In this document: positions 9,144 to 19,462 of the stretch, one piece after another
How the letters are laid out: the number at the start of each line of letters is the position of its first letter
Position numbering within the stretch: the stretch's first letter is position 1
Source: Candidatus Latescibacterota bacterium
Lineage (GTDB): Bacteria > Latescibacterota > UBA2968 > UBA8231
DNA: 64,000 bases
Reading direction: 5' to 3'
NCBI GenBank assembly: GCA_965221775.1
Contig: CBDCSU010000006.1
Coordinates: 1,280,001 to 1,344,000 of the forward strand
Position numbers and translations under genes: made by a program
Notes under the pieces: generated by a model
Databases searched by the model: none
What the model was told of the DNA's origin: nothing
The model's input: the letters and a program-made list of their open reading frames with translations, nothing else

Positions 9144-11809
9144 AGCGGATCCTCCTCCCTCTCGTCCTGCTGCTGCTCACCCATGCAGACCTGTCCGCCG
9201 CCGTGTTGAAGGGCCGGGTGCTCGACGCCGGGACCGGAGAACCCCTGTTCGGCGCGAATGTGTACCTGGAGAACGGGGACCGGGGCACCACCACGGGCCC
9301 CGACGGAGCATTCGAGATCGGCGGCGTCGCCGCGAGCAGCGATACCCTGGTGGCCAGCTTCATCGGGTACGAGGAGTTCCGCCTCGCCGTCCTCGTCGCG
9401 GCGGACGACATCGAGCTGATCGTCGAGCTGGTGCCCGAGGTCTTTCGAGGGCAGGAGATCGTCGTCGTGGCCGACCGCGCCAGGCTGCGGGAGACACCGG
9501 TCGCCTTCACGGACGTTCCCAAGGCGGAGATGGACCGCCGCCTCGGCTCCCGGGACCTGCCCCTGATCCTGGACGATACGCCGGGTGTGTACGCCACCGG
9601 CCAGGGCGGCGGTTCCGGCGATTCGCGCATCAACCTCAGGGGATTCGACCAACGCAACGTCGCGGTGATGATCAACGGCGTGCCCGTCAACGACATGGAG
9701 AACGGCTGGGTCTACTGGTCCAACTTCGACGGGCTCGGGGACGCCACCTCGTCGATCCAGGTGCAGCGCGGACTGGGGGCCTCCAACCTCGCCATCGCCT
9801 CGGTGGGCGGCACCGTGAACATCATAACCGACATCGCCGGCGCGCGGCGCGGATTCCAGGTCAAGCAGGAGATCGGCAGCGGCGCCTTTCGCAGGACCCG
9901 GGTCGGCTTCTCCTCCGGGCTGATCGACGGCCGCACCGCCTTCACCCTCGGCCTTACCCGCAAGACCGGGGACGGCCTCGCCGATCAGACCTGGACGTCG
10001 GCCTGGTCCTACTTCGGGGCCCTGAGCTTCCTGGCCTCCGACGAGCACAAGATCGACCTCTTCGTCGCCGGCGCTCCGCAGCGCCACGGGCAGCGCCTCT
10101 ACAAGCAGCCCATCGCCACCTTCGACGCCGGGTACGCACGCTCCCTCGGTGTCGACGTGACGGACTCCGAGAGCCACGGCACCAGCTTCAACCCCAACTG
10201 GGGGCCGTCGCCCTTCCCTTCCTACCGGGAGTACTACAACGGCAAGCTCCACGACGCCCGCGACAGCGCGGTCCTGATGGAGCGCGAGAACTACTACCAC
10301 AAGCCGCAGGTCAACCTCAACTGGTACTGGACGCCCGGCGAAAGGCTGATCCTCTCCAACGTCTTCTACTTCTCCCGCGGCAAGGGGGGCGGCAGCGGAC
10401 GCCTGGGGGCCAACCCCGGCCAGCGGGCCGACGGCAGCATCGACTGGCAGCGGGCCTCCGACGAGCTGAACACCCTGACCGCGGCGGAAGCGGATCCCGG
10501 CCTGGTGGAAGCAGGGCATGTGGGGGAGAGCGAGATCGGCGCGGAGACGGTGATCCGCAACTCGGTGAACCACCAGTTCTGGTACGGATACCTGGGGACG
10601 GCGGAGTACCGCCTGAGCAGCGCCGTCAAGCTCGCCCTGGGCGCCGACCTGCGATACTACAAGGGCCAGCACTGGCGAGAGGTGCGCAACCTGCTCGGCG
10701 CCGACTACTTCGTCTACGAGTGGGACGCCAACGCCGCCACGCCGGTCAAGCGGCTCGGAGACAAGGTCTCCTTCCACAACGACGGCCTCACGCGCTGGGG
10801 CGGCGGTTTCGCCCAGCTCGAGGGACGGTTCGGAGACCTGACCGCCTTCACCAGCGCTTCGGGGTCGATGACGGGATACCAACGCATCGACTACTTCCGC
10901 TCCAAGGTCGACGGCGATTGGGACAAGACCGGCTGGGCCAACTTCAACGGCTACACCGCCAAGGTGGGTGGCAACTACAACCTGACCCCCGCGGTCAACC
11001 TCTACGCCAACGCCGGCTGGCTGTCGACGGCGCCCAAGTTCGACTCCGTCTACCACTACGACAACAGCCTCTACGACCCGACCTTCAACGAGAAGGTCGC
11101 CTCCTTCGAGGTAGGGGCCGGGTATCTCGAGCGCGGCCGCCTCACGGGAAACGCCAACCTCTACTACACCCGCTGGATGGACCGCTCCTGGCCCAAGAGC
11201 ATCTACAGCGACAAGCTCGACCAGAGCTTCCGGTTTCTGCTCAACGGCATCGACGCGCTGCACAAGGGGATCGAGCTGGATCTCAAGGCGCGCCTCCACC
11301 CCATACTGGAGCTGCGCGGCATGGTCTCCCTGGGCGACTGGGAGTGGCTCAACGACGTGGACGTCACCTTCTCACCGGAGGAGGACCCGCAAGCCGTCGG
11401 CAACTTCCAGGTGTATGCCGGAGGGCTGAAGGTCGGCGACTCCGCGCAGAAGAGCCTGGCCCTGAGGGCCGCCCTCTTTCCTGCGCGGGGCCTCTACGCC
11501 TCCCTGGGCCTCCGGCGCTTCATGGATCACTACGCCCGGTTCGACCCGGCCAACCGCACCGACCCCGGCGACCGCCGGCAGTCCTGGAAGCTTCCGGACT
11601 ACAACCTCGTCGACCTCCACGCCAGCTACCGGCTGCCCCGCGATCTCTTCGGCACCGGCCGGACGAGGCTGCGGCTGCACGTCTTCAACCTCCTCGACGA
11701 GCTGCACATCTCCGACGCCGACGACGGAGAGGACCACGACGCGGCGAGCGCCCGCGTCTTCCTCGGGCTGCCGCGGCGCTGGAACATCTCGCTGTCGTAC
11801 GAGTACTGA
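9140..11809 (+). CDS. TonB-dependent receptor with N-terminal carboxypeptidase-regulatory-like domain
   Basis: ATG 9140 overlaps upstream stop; signal peptide; plug motifs INLRGF, INGVPVND, VQRG, GGTVNIIT; barrel ending VFNLLD...NISLSYEY. Confidence 0.92.
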   Translation: MKRILLPLVLLLLTHADLSAAVLKGRVLDAGTGEPLFGANVYLENGDRGTTTGPDGAFEIGGVAASSDTLVASFIGYEEFRLAVLVAADDIELIVELVPEVFRGQEIVVVADRARLRETPVAFTDVPKAEMDRRLGSRDLPLILDDTPGVYATGQGGGSGDSRINLRGFDQRNVAVMINGVPVNDMENGWVYWSNFDGLGDATSSIQVQRGLGASNLAIASVGGTVNIITDIAGARRGFQVKQEIGSGAFRRTRVGFSSGLIDGRTAFTLGLTRKTGDGLADQTWTSAWSYFGALSFLASDEHKIDLFVAGAPQRHGQRLYKQPIATFDAGYARSLGVDVTDSESHGTSFNPNWGPSPFPSYREYYNGKLHDARDSAVLMERENYYHKPQVNLNWYWTPGERLILSNVFYFSRGKGGGSGRLGANPGQRADGSIDWQRASDELNTLTAAEADPGLVEAGHVGESEIGAETVIRNSVNHQFWYGYLGTAEYRLSSAVKLALGADLRYYKGQHWREVRNLLGADYFVYEWDANAATPVKRLGDKVSFHNDGLTRWGGGFAQLEGRFGDLTAFTSASGSMTGYQRIDYFRSKVDGDWDKTGWANFNGYTAKVGGNYNLTPAVNLYANAGWLSTAPKFDSVYHYDNSLYDPTFNEKVASFEVGAGYLERGRLTGNANLYYTRWMDRSWPKSIYSDKLDQSFRFLLNGIDALHKGIELDLKARLHPILELRGMVSLGDWEWLNDVDVTFSPEEDPQAVGNFQVYAGGLKVGDSAQKSLALRAALFPARGLYASLGLRRFMDHYARFDPANRTDPGDRRQSWKLPDYNLVDLHASYRLPRDLFGTGRTRLRLHVFNLLDELHISDADDGEDHDAASARVFLGLPRRWNISLSYEY

Positions 11810-11829
11810 GGGCCAGGACGGGCCCTCAG
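11806..11829 (+). terminator. GC-rich hairpin at TonB receptor stop (possible terminator or RNA-stabilising stem)
   Basis: ctgagggcc-aggacg-ggccctcag perfect 9-bp stem; no U-tract directly after. Confidence 0.35.
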
Positions 11830-11968
11830 CGGGCACCGGGGATCCGGCTCCGGGCCGAACTTCCAGGCCCGCGGCCGGGTGGCGTGTGGGGCCGCCGGCC
11901 CTCAGTTTATTGAACCGGTGACGATCGCCGCCGCGCCCTTCAACGAACTCCCCGAGGAAGCCACGACC

Positions 11969-12889
11969 ATGGAACCCCGAGTCCGAGAGATCCTGAGCTG
12001 GTACGGAAGCGACAACCCCGGCACCCTGACCAACCTCGCCCGCCTCCTCAACCAGGGCAGGCTCGGCGGCAGCGGCCGCTTGGTCATCCTGCCCGTCGAC
12101 CAGGGCGTGGAGCACGGTCCCGCCCGCTCCTTCGTGCCCAACCCGCCCGCCTTCGACCCCCGCTATCACTTCGAACTGGCCCTCGAAGCCGGCCTCAACG
12201 CCTACGCCGCGCCCCTCGGCTTCCTCGAGGCCGGCGCCCGCGACTACGCCGGCGACCTGCCCCTGATCCTCAAGCTCAACAACCGCGAGAACCTGGCTTC
12301 CGACGCCGACCCCCTGCAGGCCGTCACCGGCTCCGTGGAGGCGGCCCTGCGCCTCGGCTGCGCCGCCATCGGCTACACCGTCTACCCCGGCTCGGCTCCG
12401 CGGGTGCAGATGTACGAGAAGCTCCAGGCCCTCGGCGAGGAAGCCAAGCGCCACGGCCTGGTGGTCGTCGTCTGGTCCTACCCCCGCGGCTCGGACCTGA
12501 GCAAGGAGGGCGAGACCGCCCTCGACGTCTCCGCCTACGCCGCCCAGATCGCCGCCCAGCTCGGCGCCCACATCATCAAGGTGAAGCCGCCCGACGACTT
12601 CGTGGAGCAGAAGGAGGCGAGCGCCGCCTACGAGAAAGCCGGCACCCCCACATCGACCCTCGCCGAGCGCGTCGCCCACGTGGTACAGTCCGCCTTCAAC
12701 GGCCGCCGGGTCATCATCTTTTCGGGGGGACCCGCCAAGGGCACCGCCGAGGTGCTGGAGGAGATCCGCGGCATCCGCGACGGGGGCGGATTCGGGTCGA
12801 TCATGGGGCGGAATGCGTTCCAGCGGGAGCGGGGGGAGGCGCTGGAGTTGCTGGATCAGGTGATTGGGATATATCAGGGGAGGGTGTAG
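11969..12889 (+). CDS. fbaB: Class I fructose-bisphosphate aldolase (FbaB/DhnA type)
   Basis: ILPVDQGVEHGPARSF, WSYPRG, LGAHIIKVK (Schiff-base Lys), GSIMGRNAFQR. Confidence 0.92.
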   Translation: MEPRVREILSWYGSDNPGTLTNLARLLNQGRLGGSGRLVILPVDQGVEHGPARSFVPNPPAFDPRYHFELALEAGLNAYAAPLGFLEAGARDYAGDLPLILKLNNRENLASDADPLQAVTGSVEAALRLGCAAIGYTVYPGSAPRVQMYEKLQALGEEAKRHGLVVVVWSYPRGSDLSKEGETALDVSAYAAQIAAQLGAHIIKVKPPDDFVEQKEASAAYEKAGTPTSTLAERVAHVVQSAFNGRRVIIFSGGPAKGTAEVLEEIRGIRDGGGFGSIMGRNAFQRERGEALELLDQVIGIYQGRV

Positions 12890-12910
12890 CCAGCGGGAGT
12901 TATCCCTCTC

Positions 12911-14326
12911 GTGAACCTCTCCGACGGCAATTCCCGCGAGTCCCTGACGAGCCAGCAGCGCAATCTGCTGCTGGCCGAGCCGGTGGCGCGACTATCCCTT
13001 GAGCGGCGGGTGATCTTCAAGGACGATCCGACGATCGCCGACCGTCTGGATGTCCAGTACCTGGCGCTGAACGCGATCGACTTCGTCATGGAACGCTCTG
13101 CGGTCGAGTCGGGTGCATCTCCGGCCGAAATCGTCGAGCATGTCGCCGCCGAAGCAACGCGGGTGAAGCCGAGCCTCACGGACGAGCAGAGCCGCAAGGT
13201 CGGACAGGTGGTTCTCGACTATCTCGCCAACGCCAGGGACGGGCACAAGGCATTCCGTATCGAGTACTACGATGCTGGCCGCGGCGGCTATTCGTTTCGC
13301 GACTTCCGGCTGTTGGCCCTGTCCATGGCCGCCGACGGATCAGCCAAGTTCAAGCTGGGCCGCGGGGCACAAGTCCTGACGCTGGCAATGCTGGATGTGG
13401 CGCCCGAGTTCGCGCAGGAAGCCGAGGCGATTATGATCCGAAAGGCAGTCGAGCGCGGCCGCTTCAAAGATGCGCAAACCCTCGCCCAGCGCGCACGCAT
13501 GCGCTCGATCCACTATCAGCAGTTCATAGAAGACCGGCTGTTTCGGGTCCGACGCGCCGCAGACCGCATTGTCTGGAGCGAGGAGGTGCTGCCCGAGCTC
13601 GACCGAGCCCGCGCGCATCTGAGCGAACGGCGCAAGCACGAAGGCGCGATCATCGAATCGATTCGGGAGCATATCGCTCATGCACACGGAGACACGCGTG
13701 ATCAGCTCGTGGACCTCAAGAACACGATCGACGAGTGCCGCCAGCGTCATGCAACCCTTTTCGAACGCGTCATTACCGCGTCGGAGGAATTCCGCCAATT
13801 CCAAGTGAACGCGTTCCGGGCGCGCCGCACGCAGAATGTGCCCGATCTCGAGGATCGAATTCTGGTTCCGCTGCTTGCCTCGCCAATGAGAGCAATCTCC
13901 CGCATCAGCGACGAGGTCGGGATCGTCTTCGCCGCCCCAACGTCGCCGCTGCTTCTCGATCTGGGGTTGCTGTTCGAGAGCGTCACCCAGCCCCGGTTTC
14001 GCCGCGACCCCGCCGGTGAGTATGATGAGCACGATCTCACGGGGATCGAGCGCGTTCCGCCCGAATTCGACGCCGACGAAATTGAAGAAGCACAGAAGTG
14101 GCTGGACCGAGAGATATCGACGCGCATGCGCTTGGACATGGAATCGGCAATCGACGCAGCCGAGAGACAAGGTCTTGCGGAGTCCACCCTGCGTTGCGTG
14201 CTGTTTCTGATGCTGCGGTCGTGGTGTCCTCAAGACGACCCACTGGGCGTCATCGCTTCGATCGACGGGACGATCGCGCACGAGCGAGCCGCCGGCGACA
14301 ATCTGGTGCTCGTCAGGGATACATAA
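12911..14326 (+). CDS. jetA: Wadjet JetA-like (MksF-like kleisin) subunit
   Basis: 471 aa helical protein, first gene of a tight 4-gene operon with an SMC ATPase and a Toprim nuclease; assigned by position and size. Confidence 0.7.
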   Translation: MNLSDGNSRESLTSQQRNLLLAEPVARLSLERRVIFKDDPTIADRLDVQYLALNAIDFVMERSAVESGASPAEIVEHVAAEATRVKPSLTDEQSRKVGQVVLDYLANARDGHKAFRIEYYDAGRGGYSFRDFRLLALSMAADGSAKFKLGRGAQVLTLAMLDVAPEFAQEAEAIMIRKAVERGRFKDAQTLAQRARMRSIHYQQFIEDRLFRVRRAADRIVWSEEVLPELDRARAHLSERRKHEGAIIESIREHIAHAHGDTRDQLVDLKNTIDECRQRHATLFERVITASEEFRQFQVNAFRARRTQNVPDLEDRILVPLLASPMRAISRISDEVGIVFAAPTSPLLLDLGLLFESVTQPRFRRDPAGEYDEHDLTGIERVPPEFDADEIEEAQKWLDREISTRMRLDMESAIDAAERQGLAESTLRCVLFLMLRSWCPQDDPLGVIASIDGTIAHERAAGDNLVLVRDT

Positions 14327-14328
14327 CG

Positions 14329-15081
14329 ATGGCGAACCTGACGCATCTGAGCGAGGCCCAGAAAGCGGTTCTTCTCCTCAAGAAGGGACTGTCCCCGCGA
14401 GCCTCCGCCCTGCACGGCGACGTCGACTATCGGCAGCTGCTGGCGCACTGGCGAGCCGATCCCGAATTCCGCCAACTCGTGCTCGACCTCGCGCCGATGC
14501 TAGATCTCAGAGTCATCGATGCCCTCGATCATGCGATCGTTCTGGCGCCGTCCGGTCCGGACAGTGTCTTCGCCGTTACACTCACAGACCTTCGCCCGGG
14601 TCTCGGGGAGATGTCGCGCGGCACGCTCGCTCTCGTTCAAATCGCGGTCGCGGCGACGTTCTTTCCGACCGCTGCGGTCCTGATGGGGACGCAGGACGAC
14701 AGCGCTGAGGTCTCGGCCACGCCGACGCGAATTGCGGCGGTACTGCGCGAGCACTGCGGGCGCCTGGAGGCCGAAGCGGGAGACGACCCCGACTTGGCGG
14801 AGGCGGGGCTGGCAGAAGCCTGGCGTGAGATCGCCCGCCTGCCGGACACCAGACCTGACGGCAGCCAGCGCGCGGCACTAAGCTCGCTCGCAGGCATGGT
14901 CAAACTCGTTCTCAACCAGCTTCACGAACATGGGATGGTAAGGACCCTCGAAACTGCGGACGGCGAGACCTACATCCCTACACCGCGCTTCAAGGTGCAG
15001 GTGCGTGAGCTTGCCGCCAACGAGCTGTTCGAACGCTGCGTCTCTGTCCTGCCTGGCTTCCTCGATCACGGGAGAGGATGA
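14329..15081 (+). CDS. jetB: Wadjet JetB-like (MksE-like KITE) subunit
   Basis: ATG 14329, 250 aa; winged-helix-like C-terminus (LHEHGMV...YIPTPRF); lies between jetA-like and SMC genes. Confidence 0.7.
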   Translation: MANLTHLSEAQKAVLLLKKGLSPRASALHGDVDYRQLLAHWRADPEFRQLVLDLAPMLDLRVIDALDHAIVLAPSGPDSVFAVTLTDLRPGLGEMSRGTLALVQIAVAATFFPTAAVLMGTQDDSAEVSATPTRIAAVLREHCGRLEAEAGDDPDLAEAGLAEAWREIARLPDTRPDGSQRAALSSLAGMVKLVLNQLHEHGMVRTLETADGETYIPTPRFKVQVRELAANELFERCVSVLPGFLDHGRG

Positions 15082-18000
15082 ATGCGGTACATCACGCGCA
15101 TCCATCTCTCGGACTGCGGCTGGCACGAGGCCTACTACCCCGGGACCACCATCGAGCTTGCCGACCCCCGGACCGGAGAGCCCAGGCACACGGTGTTCAG
15201 CCTGGAGAACACCGGCGGGAAGACCTCCTTCCTGGCGCTCGTCCTGAGCTGCTTCGATCCAAGCGAACGGCGGTTCCTGAAGACCCTGATCCGCCCCAAC
15301 CAGAAGTTCGGCGACTATTTCGGCGACGTACCTGCGTTCATCCTCGTGGAATGGGACTTCTCCGGCGGTCAGACAGGCTTTCTGGATGCGCAACGCCTGG
15401 TCACTGGTCAACTGGTGGTTCCGCGGGGGGAGGGTCGGCAGCGAGAACTCGACCGACACTTCTTCGCATTTCGAAGCGCTCCGAGTCTCACACTCGACGA
15501 CATCCCGGCGCCTGGTCTCCGGGGATTTGAGGAGCAGGGCCGGCTCAAGGGGCATCAGGATGTACAGCGCTGGCTCCACACGATACGTTCGAGCCATCCC
15601 GGCCAGTTTCAGGCCTTCGGCAAGCAGTCGGATTGGAAGCGCAGGCTCGCCGAAGAGAAGATCGACACCGAACTACTGGCCGCCCAAGTCGAGTTCAACC
15701 GAAGCGAGGGGGGCATCGAAGACTTCCTGAACTTCCGCAGCGAATCCCAGTTCATGCGGAAGTTCCTGGCGATGACGGTACCGGAAGCGGAGGCCGGCCC
15801 GGTGCGGGCGGTGCTCGTCGAGCATGTCGGCAAGCTCGCGGACTTGCCACGTCTGCAACAGCGCCGGAACGCGATGTGCCAGTTGAAGGAACGATTCGCC
15901 CCGTTCGTGGAAATCGCCGGTGCGGCACAGGCAGCGCAGAAGGACGTCTCGCAGCGAATCGGCATTGCTGCCGGCCTCAAGGCGGCGCTGGAGGAGTATG
16001 GAGCCCAAGCATTGCAGCGGGCGGAGGCACTTTCCGAACAGGCGCGCGCACATCAGACCGCCGCAAGTCAAGCCGAGGATGCATGCAGGAAGGCGCGAGT
16101 CGAGTACGCTTCCGCGATGGTCGAGATGGCACGTAGCCGGCACGAGTCCGCCCAAGGACTGGCCACGACCCGCGAGAAAGAGCTGGAGCAGGCTAAGTCG
16201 CGCAGGAAACTTGCTTATGGTGCAGTGCTAATGCGGGAGATCCTCGACGACCGCGCGCGAAGCGAGTCGCTTCGGGAGGCGATCGATGAGGCGCACGCCG
16301 ACCTCCAGCCACGTCGCGACGCGCTTCGGAGCATGGGCGCCGACCTCGAATCGACGCTCAACCGACGCGCTACGGCGATGCGAGAACGACAGCGGTCCCT
16401 GACGGCCGACGCCGCGAAGTCAGAGGCAGCGGCACGGGAGGCCGAAGAACAGCGAGCGGCCAATGACCAAAGTGCCCAGACGGAGCGGCGGAAGATAGCC
16501 GCCATCGACGTGGACCTCGGCCACGCGCGCGAATTCCGTGCGCAGTTGGAAGAGGACGAGGGGGTTCTTGGAGCCGGGGAAAGCGCCGAGGCGGCATCCA
16601 ATCGCCATGCCGAAGCCGCGAGAACGGTCCGAGATGAAGCTGACGATCTGCGCCGTCAGGCCGATGAGAAGGACGAGGCTACCCGGGCCCACCGTAATCT
16701 TCAGGGCGATCTCAAGGCCGAGCGATCCCGTACTGCAAGCGAGATCGGATCCTTGCAGGAAACCGTTCGGGAAGGAGACGAGAATCGCCGTTCTCTGGCC
16801 CTTGATTCGACCATTCTTGAGCTGACCGGCGAGAGTGACGTCGACCCCGATTCGGAAGCGGTCGACCGGGTGCTCGCGGATTCCAAGCGCAAGGACGCCG
16901 CCACGCTGCGCGACAGCGAACGGCGGCAGGAACTGCTCGAAGCCGATCGCGAGTCCCTCGAAGCCACCGGACTCGCCTCAATCGACAAGAACGTACGCGC
17001 CGTCACCGAACTCCTCCGAGCCTCCGGGATGCCGGACGCGCAGCCATATGTCACCTACCTGTCCGAGATTCTGCGAATGCCCGACCGCGTGCGCCGTTTT
17101 GCCGAGCTCGACCCCGCTCGGTTCGCCGGCGTTGCAGTCCCCAATCGGAACGCGCTGAACGAGGCGCGCCGGGTGCTTCAGTCCGCACCGCCTCTGAGCC
17201 GGCCGGTGACCGTGGCGATTGCCCAGGACGTACCCGGCGAGGAACCGGGGGACCGGTTCGTCCTGCCGGTCGACGAGCCGGCCGCCTACGACCGCGGGGC
17301 CGCCGAGGAGTTGCAGCGACGCATCGAGGACGATCTCGCCCGAATCGGGAAATCGAGCGACACAGTACGGAGGCGGTTGGAGGGAGTGGAGTCCACGCTT
17401 CAGAACTTGAATACCTGGCGCGAACGGTTCGGCGGCGGTCGGCTTGACGCAATGCGACAGTCCATTACGAAGAGTGAGGTGCGCAACGAGGAAATCGGAG
17501 CCGAACTCGACGCTCTGTCGAAGCGGATCGAAACCGATGAGGGCGATGCCAGGCTTTGCCGTGACCGTGCTCGGGAACGCGACAAGCACGCCCACACCTG
17601 CTCTGAACGTGCCCGCCGTGCCGGTGAGCATCACACGCAGTGGGAGTCGCGCCTAGAGGGTTGGCAGTTGGAGCGCCTTCGCCACGAGCAAGCGGCGCAA
17701 GCCGCCGAGGCGTGCGCCGGGGAATGGCAAGCGAAGCGGGTCTTGTTGGAGGGCGAAGCCCGCACTTGCGAACAGGACGCGAAGGAGGAGGCGAGTCGGG
17801 CCGCAGACCTGGAACGCGAGACCGTAGACATCGAGTACAGGGCAGCCGGCGGACGGATATCCGAGGATCTTGATGCCCTGCGCCGCGACTACGGGCAGCA
17901 CCTGGATACGTTGAAGAACCTGGAGCAGGAGCGGGTCGACCGTCTGCTCGGGCAGCAACAGGAGATCCAACGGGCTCTGGACGGGAAGGAAGACCGCTTC

Positions 18001-19461
18001 GGACAGGAGTTCGGCGAACTCGACCGAACGAAGGTCGAAGCCGAAGCCGCGCGTGACGGTGCTTTAGAGGCTGCCGCCTCCGCTGATGCAGAGCTCGAGA
18101 CGGCGCTTGCGAATACTTCGATCGCCCGAGCCGATGCAGAAGGCGCGGAGAGAGAGTACCGCTCCGAGAGAGACGGGCGCGCTGCAGACATCAAGCCGGA
18201 CGCCTTTGTTGATCTCACCGCTCACGAACCAGAGGACTTGGCCGGCATCGCGTCGCGGGCAGAGGAGACCATTCTCCACCAAGACGCCCTACGAGCACGC
18301 GAGGCGCAGGCGGCTGAAGGGATGCGCCAGGAGACGGAACGGAACGAACGCACCGTGAAGGAGTACATGAACTGGTCCGCTACGCTGGATGGCGTGCTGC
18401 AAGGCGAGTCCGTCTCACCGGAACGGATCGAACTCCCAGTTCATGAAGAGGTAGCGCCCCTCGTCAGCGACACCGTCTCCGGTCTCGTCCAGTCTCAGGA
18501 TGCGAAGAACGAAGCGCAGACGCGCGTCTACGGCAGCTACGACGAAATCCGGAAGTTCGTGAACTCCCACGCTTTCATCCGGCTCGAAGGTGAGCGCGAG
18601 GTCGCCGTGCAACTAACCGAAAGCGATCCTCTGGCCGCCGCCGCCAACGCACCCCGAACGGCGGGGCTGATCGACGATCGCCTGAAGAGCATCGAGCACG
18701 ACCTCTCACGACTCGACGAGGATCTCCAGGCGTGCATCGATGAGCTGGACCATCTATTGCGTACGGCCTTGCATATCGTGCGGCGGATGGTCCGCGACGG
18801 ACGGATTCCGGGCGATGTACCACGATTCGGCGGCCAGCCGGTGTTCCGCATCGGTGCCGACCTCTCCCGTATCCCCGCCACCCAACGCAGGGAGATTCTG
18901 CGCAGCTACATCACCGATCTGGCGGAGGACGACCGCGTACCGGAAAGGGGTCAGGACATCGCCGCGGAGATGGTCGAACGCATGACATGGGCCTTGGGCA
19001 GGAATACGCTTGGCATCCGACTCCTCAAGCCGAAAGGCGAGGGAGACACCGAGCACATGCCGATCGAGCGCGTGACCGTTTCCGGCGGAGAGCTGCTCAC
19101 CGCGGCGATGATGATCTACCTCGTGATCGCGAGGCTGCGGGCAGATGCAATGCATGAAGGCACGGGGGAAGCCGGCGTGCTCATCCTCGACAACCCGCTG
19201 GGAAAGGCCAACAAGGCGCTGCTGTTGAAGACCCAGATCGGACTCGCGGACGCGATGGGAATCCAGCTCTTTTTCGCGACTGGCGTTCAGGACACGAGCG
19301 CGCTTGCTGCATTCGAGAACATCGTGAGGCTGCGCCGCAACCGGCAGTCCCGAGCCTCGCGGCGGATCCATGTGGAGATAGAGGCGATGCACGCGCACAT
19401 CGATAGAAACACCGACGGGGACCCCACGGCGGCTGCCCCGGTCGAGCCCGCCGCCGACTAG
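15082..19461 (+). CDS. jetC: Wadjet JetC-like SMC/MukB-like ATPase (type III-like)
   Basis: 1459 aa; Walker A LENTGGKTS, long coiled coil, signature VSGGE, Walker B/D-loop LILDNPLGKAN. Confidence 0.88.
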   Translation: MRYITRIHLSDCGWHEAYYPGTTIELADPRTGEPRHTVFSLENTGGKTSFLALVLSCFDPSERRFLKTLIRPNQKFGDYFGDVPAFILVEWDFSGGQTGFLDAQRLVTGQLVVPRGEGRQRELDRHFFAFRSAPSLTLDDIPAPGLRGFEEQGRLKGHQDVQRWLHTIRSSHPGQFQAFGKQSDWKRRLAEEKIDTELLAAQVEFNRSEGGIEDFLNFRSESQFMRKFLAMTVPEAEAGPVRAVLVEHVGKLADLPRLQQRRNAMCQLKERFAPFVEIAGAAQAAQKDVSQRIGIAAGLKAALEEYGAQALQRAEALSEQARAHQTAASQAEDACRKARVEYASAMVEMARSRHESAQGLATTREKELEQAKSRRKLAYGAVLMREILDDRARSESLREAIDEAHADLQPRRDALRSMGADLESTLNRRATAMRERQRSLTADAAKSEAAAREAEEQRAANDQSAQTERRKIAAIDVDLGHAREFRAQLEEDEGVLGAGESAEAASNRHAEAARTVRDEADDLRRQADEKDEATRAHRNLQGDLKAERSRTASEIGSLQETVREGDENRRSLALDSTILELTGESDVDPDSEAVDRVLADSKRKDAATLRDSERRQELLEADRESLEATGLASIDKNVRAVTELLRASGMPDAQPYVTYLSEILRMPDRVRRFAELDPARFAGVAVPNRNALNEARRVLQSAPPLSRPVTVAIAQDVPGEEPGDRFVLPVDEPAAYDRGAAEELQRRIEDDLARIGKSSDTVRRRLEGVESTLQNLNTWRERFGGGRLDAMRQSITKSEVRNEEIGAELDALSKRIETDEGDARLCRDRARERDKHAHTCSERARRAGEHHTQWESRLEGWQLERLRHEQAAQAAEACAGEWQAKRVLLEGEARTCEQDAKEEASRAADLERETVDIEYRAAGGRISEDLDALRRDYGQHLDTLKNLEQERVDRLLGQQQEIQRALDGKEDRFGQEFGELDRTKVEAEAARDGALEAAASADAELETALANTSIARADAEGAEREYRSERDGRAADIKPDAFVDLTAHEPEDLAGIASRAEETILHQDALRAREAQAAEGMRQETERNERTVKEYMNWSATLDGVLQGESVSPERIELPVHEEVAPLVSDTVSGLVQSQDAKNEAQTRVYGSYDEIRKFVNSHAFIRLEGEREVAVQLTESDPLAAAANAPRTAGLIDDRLKSIEHDLSRLDEDLQACIDELDHLLRTALHIVRRMVRDGRIPGDVPRFGGQPVFRIGADLSRIPATQRREILRSYITDLAEDDRVPERGQDIAAEMVERMTWALGRNTLGIRLLKPKGEGDTEHMPIERVTVSGGELLTAAMMIYLVIARLRADAMHEGTGEAGVLILDNPLGKANKALLLKTQIGLADAMGIQLFFATGVQDTSALAAFENIVRLRRNRQSRASRRIHVEIEAMHAHIDRNTDGDPTAAAPVEPAAD

Positions 19462-19462
19462 C

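Noticed and set aside
15082-19461. Housekeeping Smc/MukB or SbcC
   Set aside because: Operon with a Toprim JetD-like nuclease, atypical composition and defence neighbours favours Wadjet.
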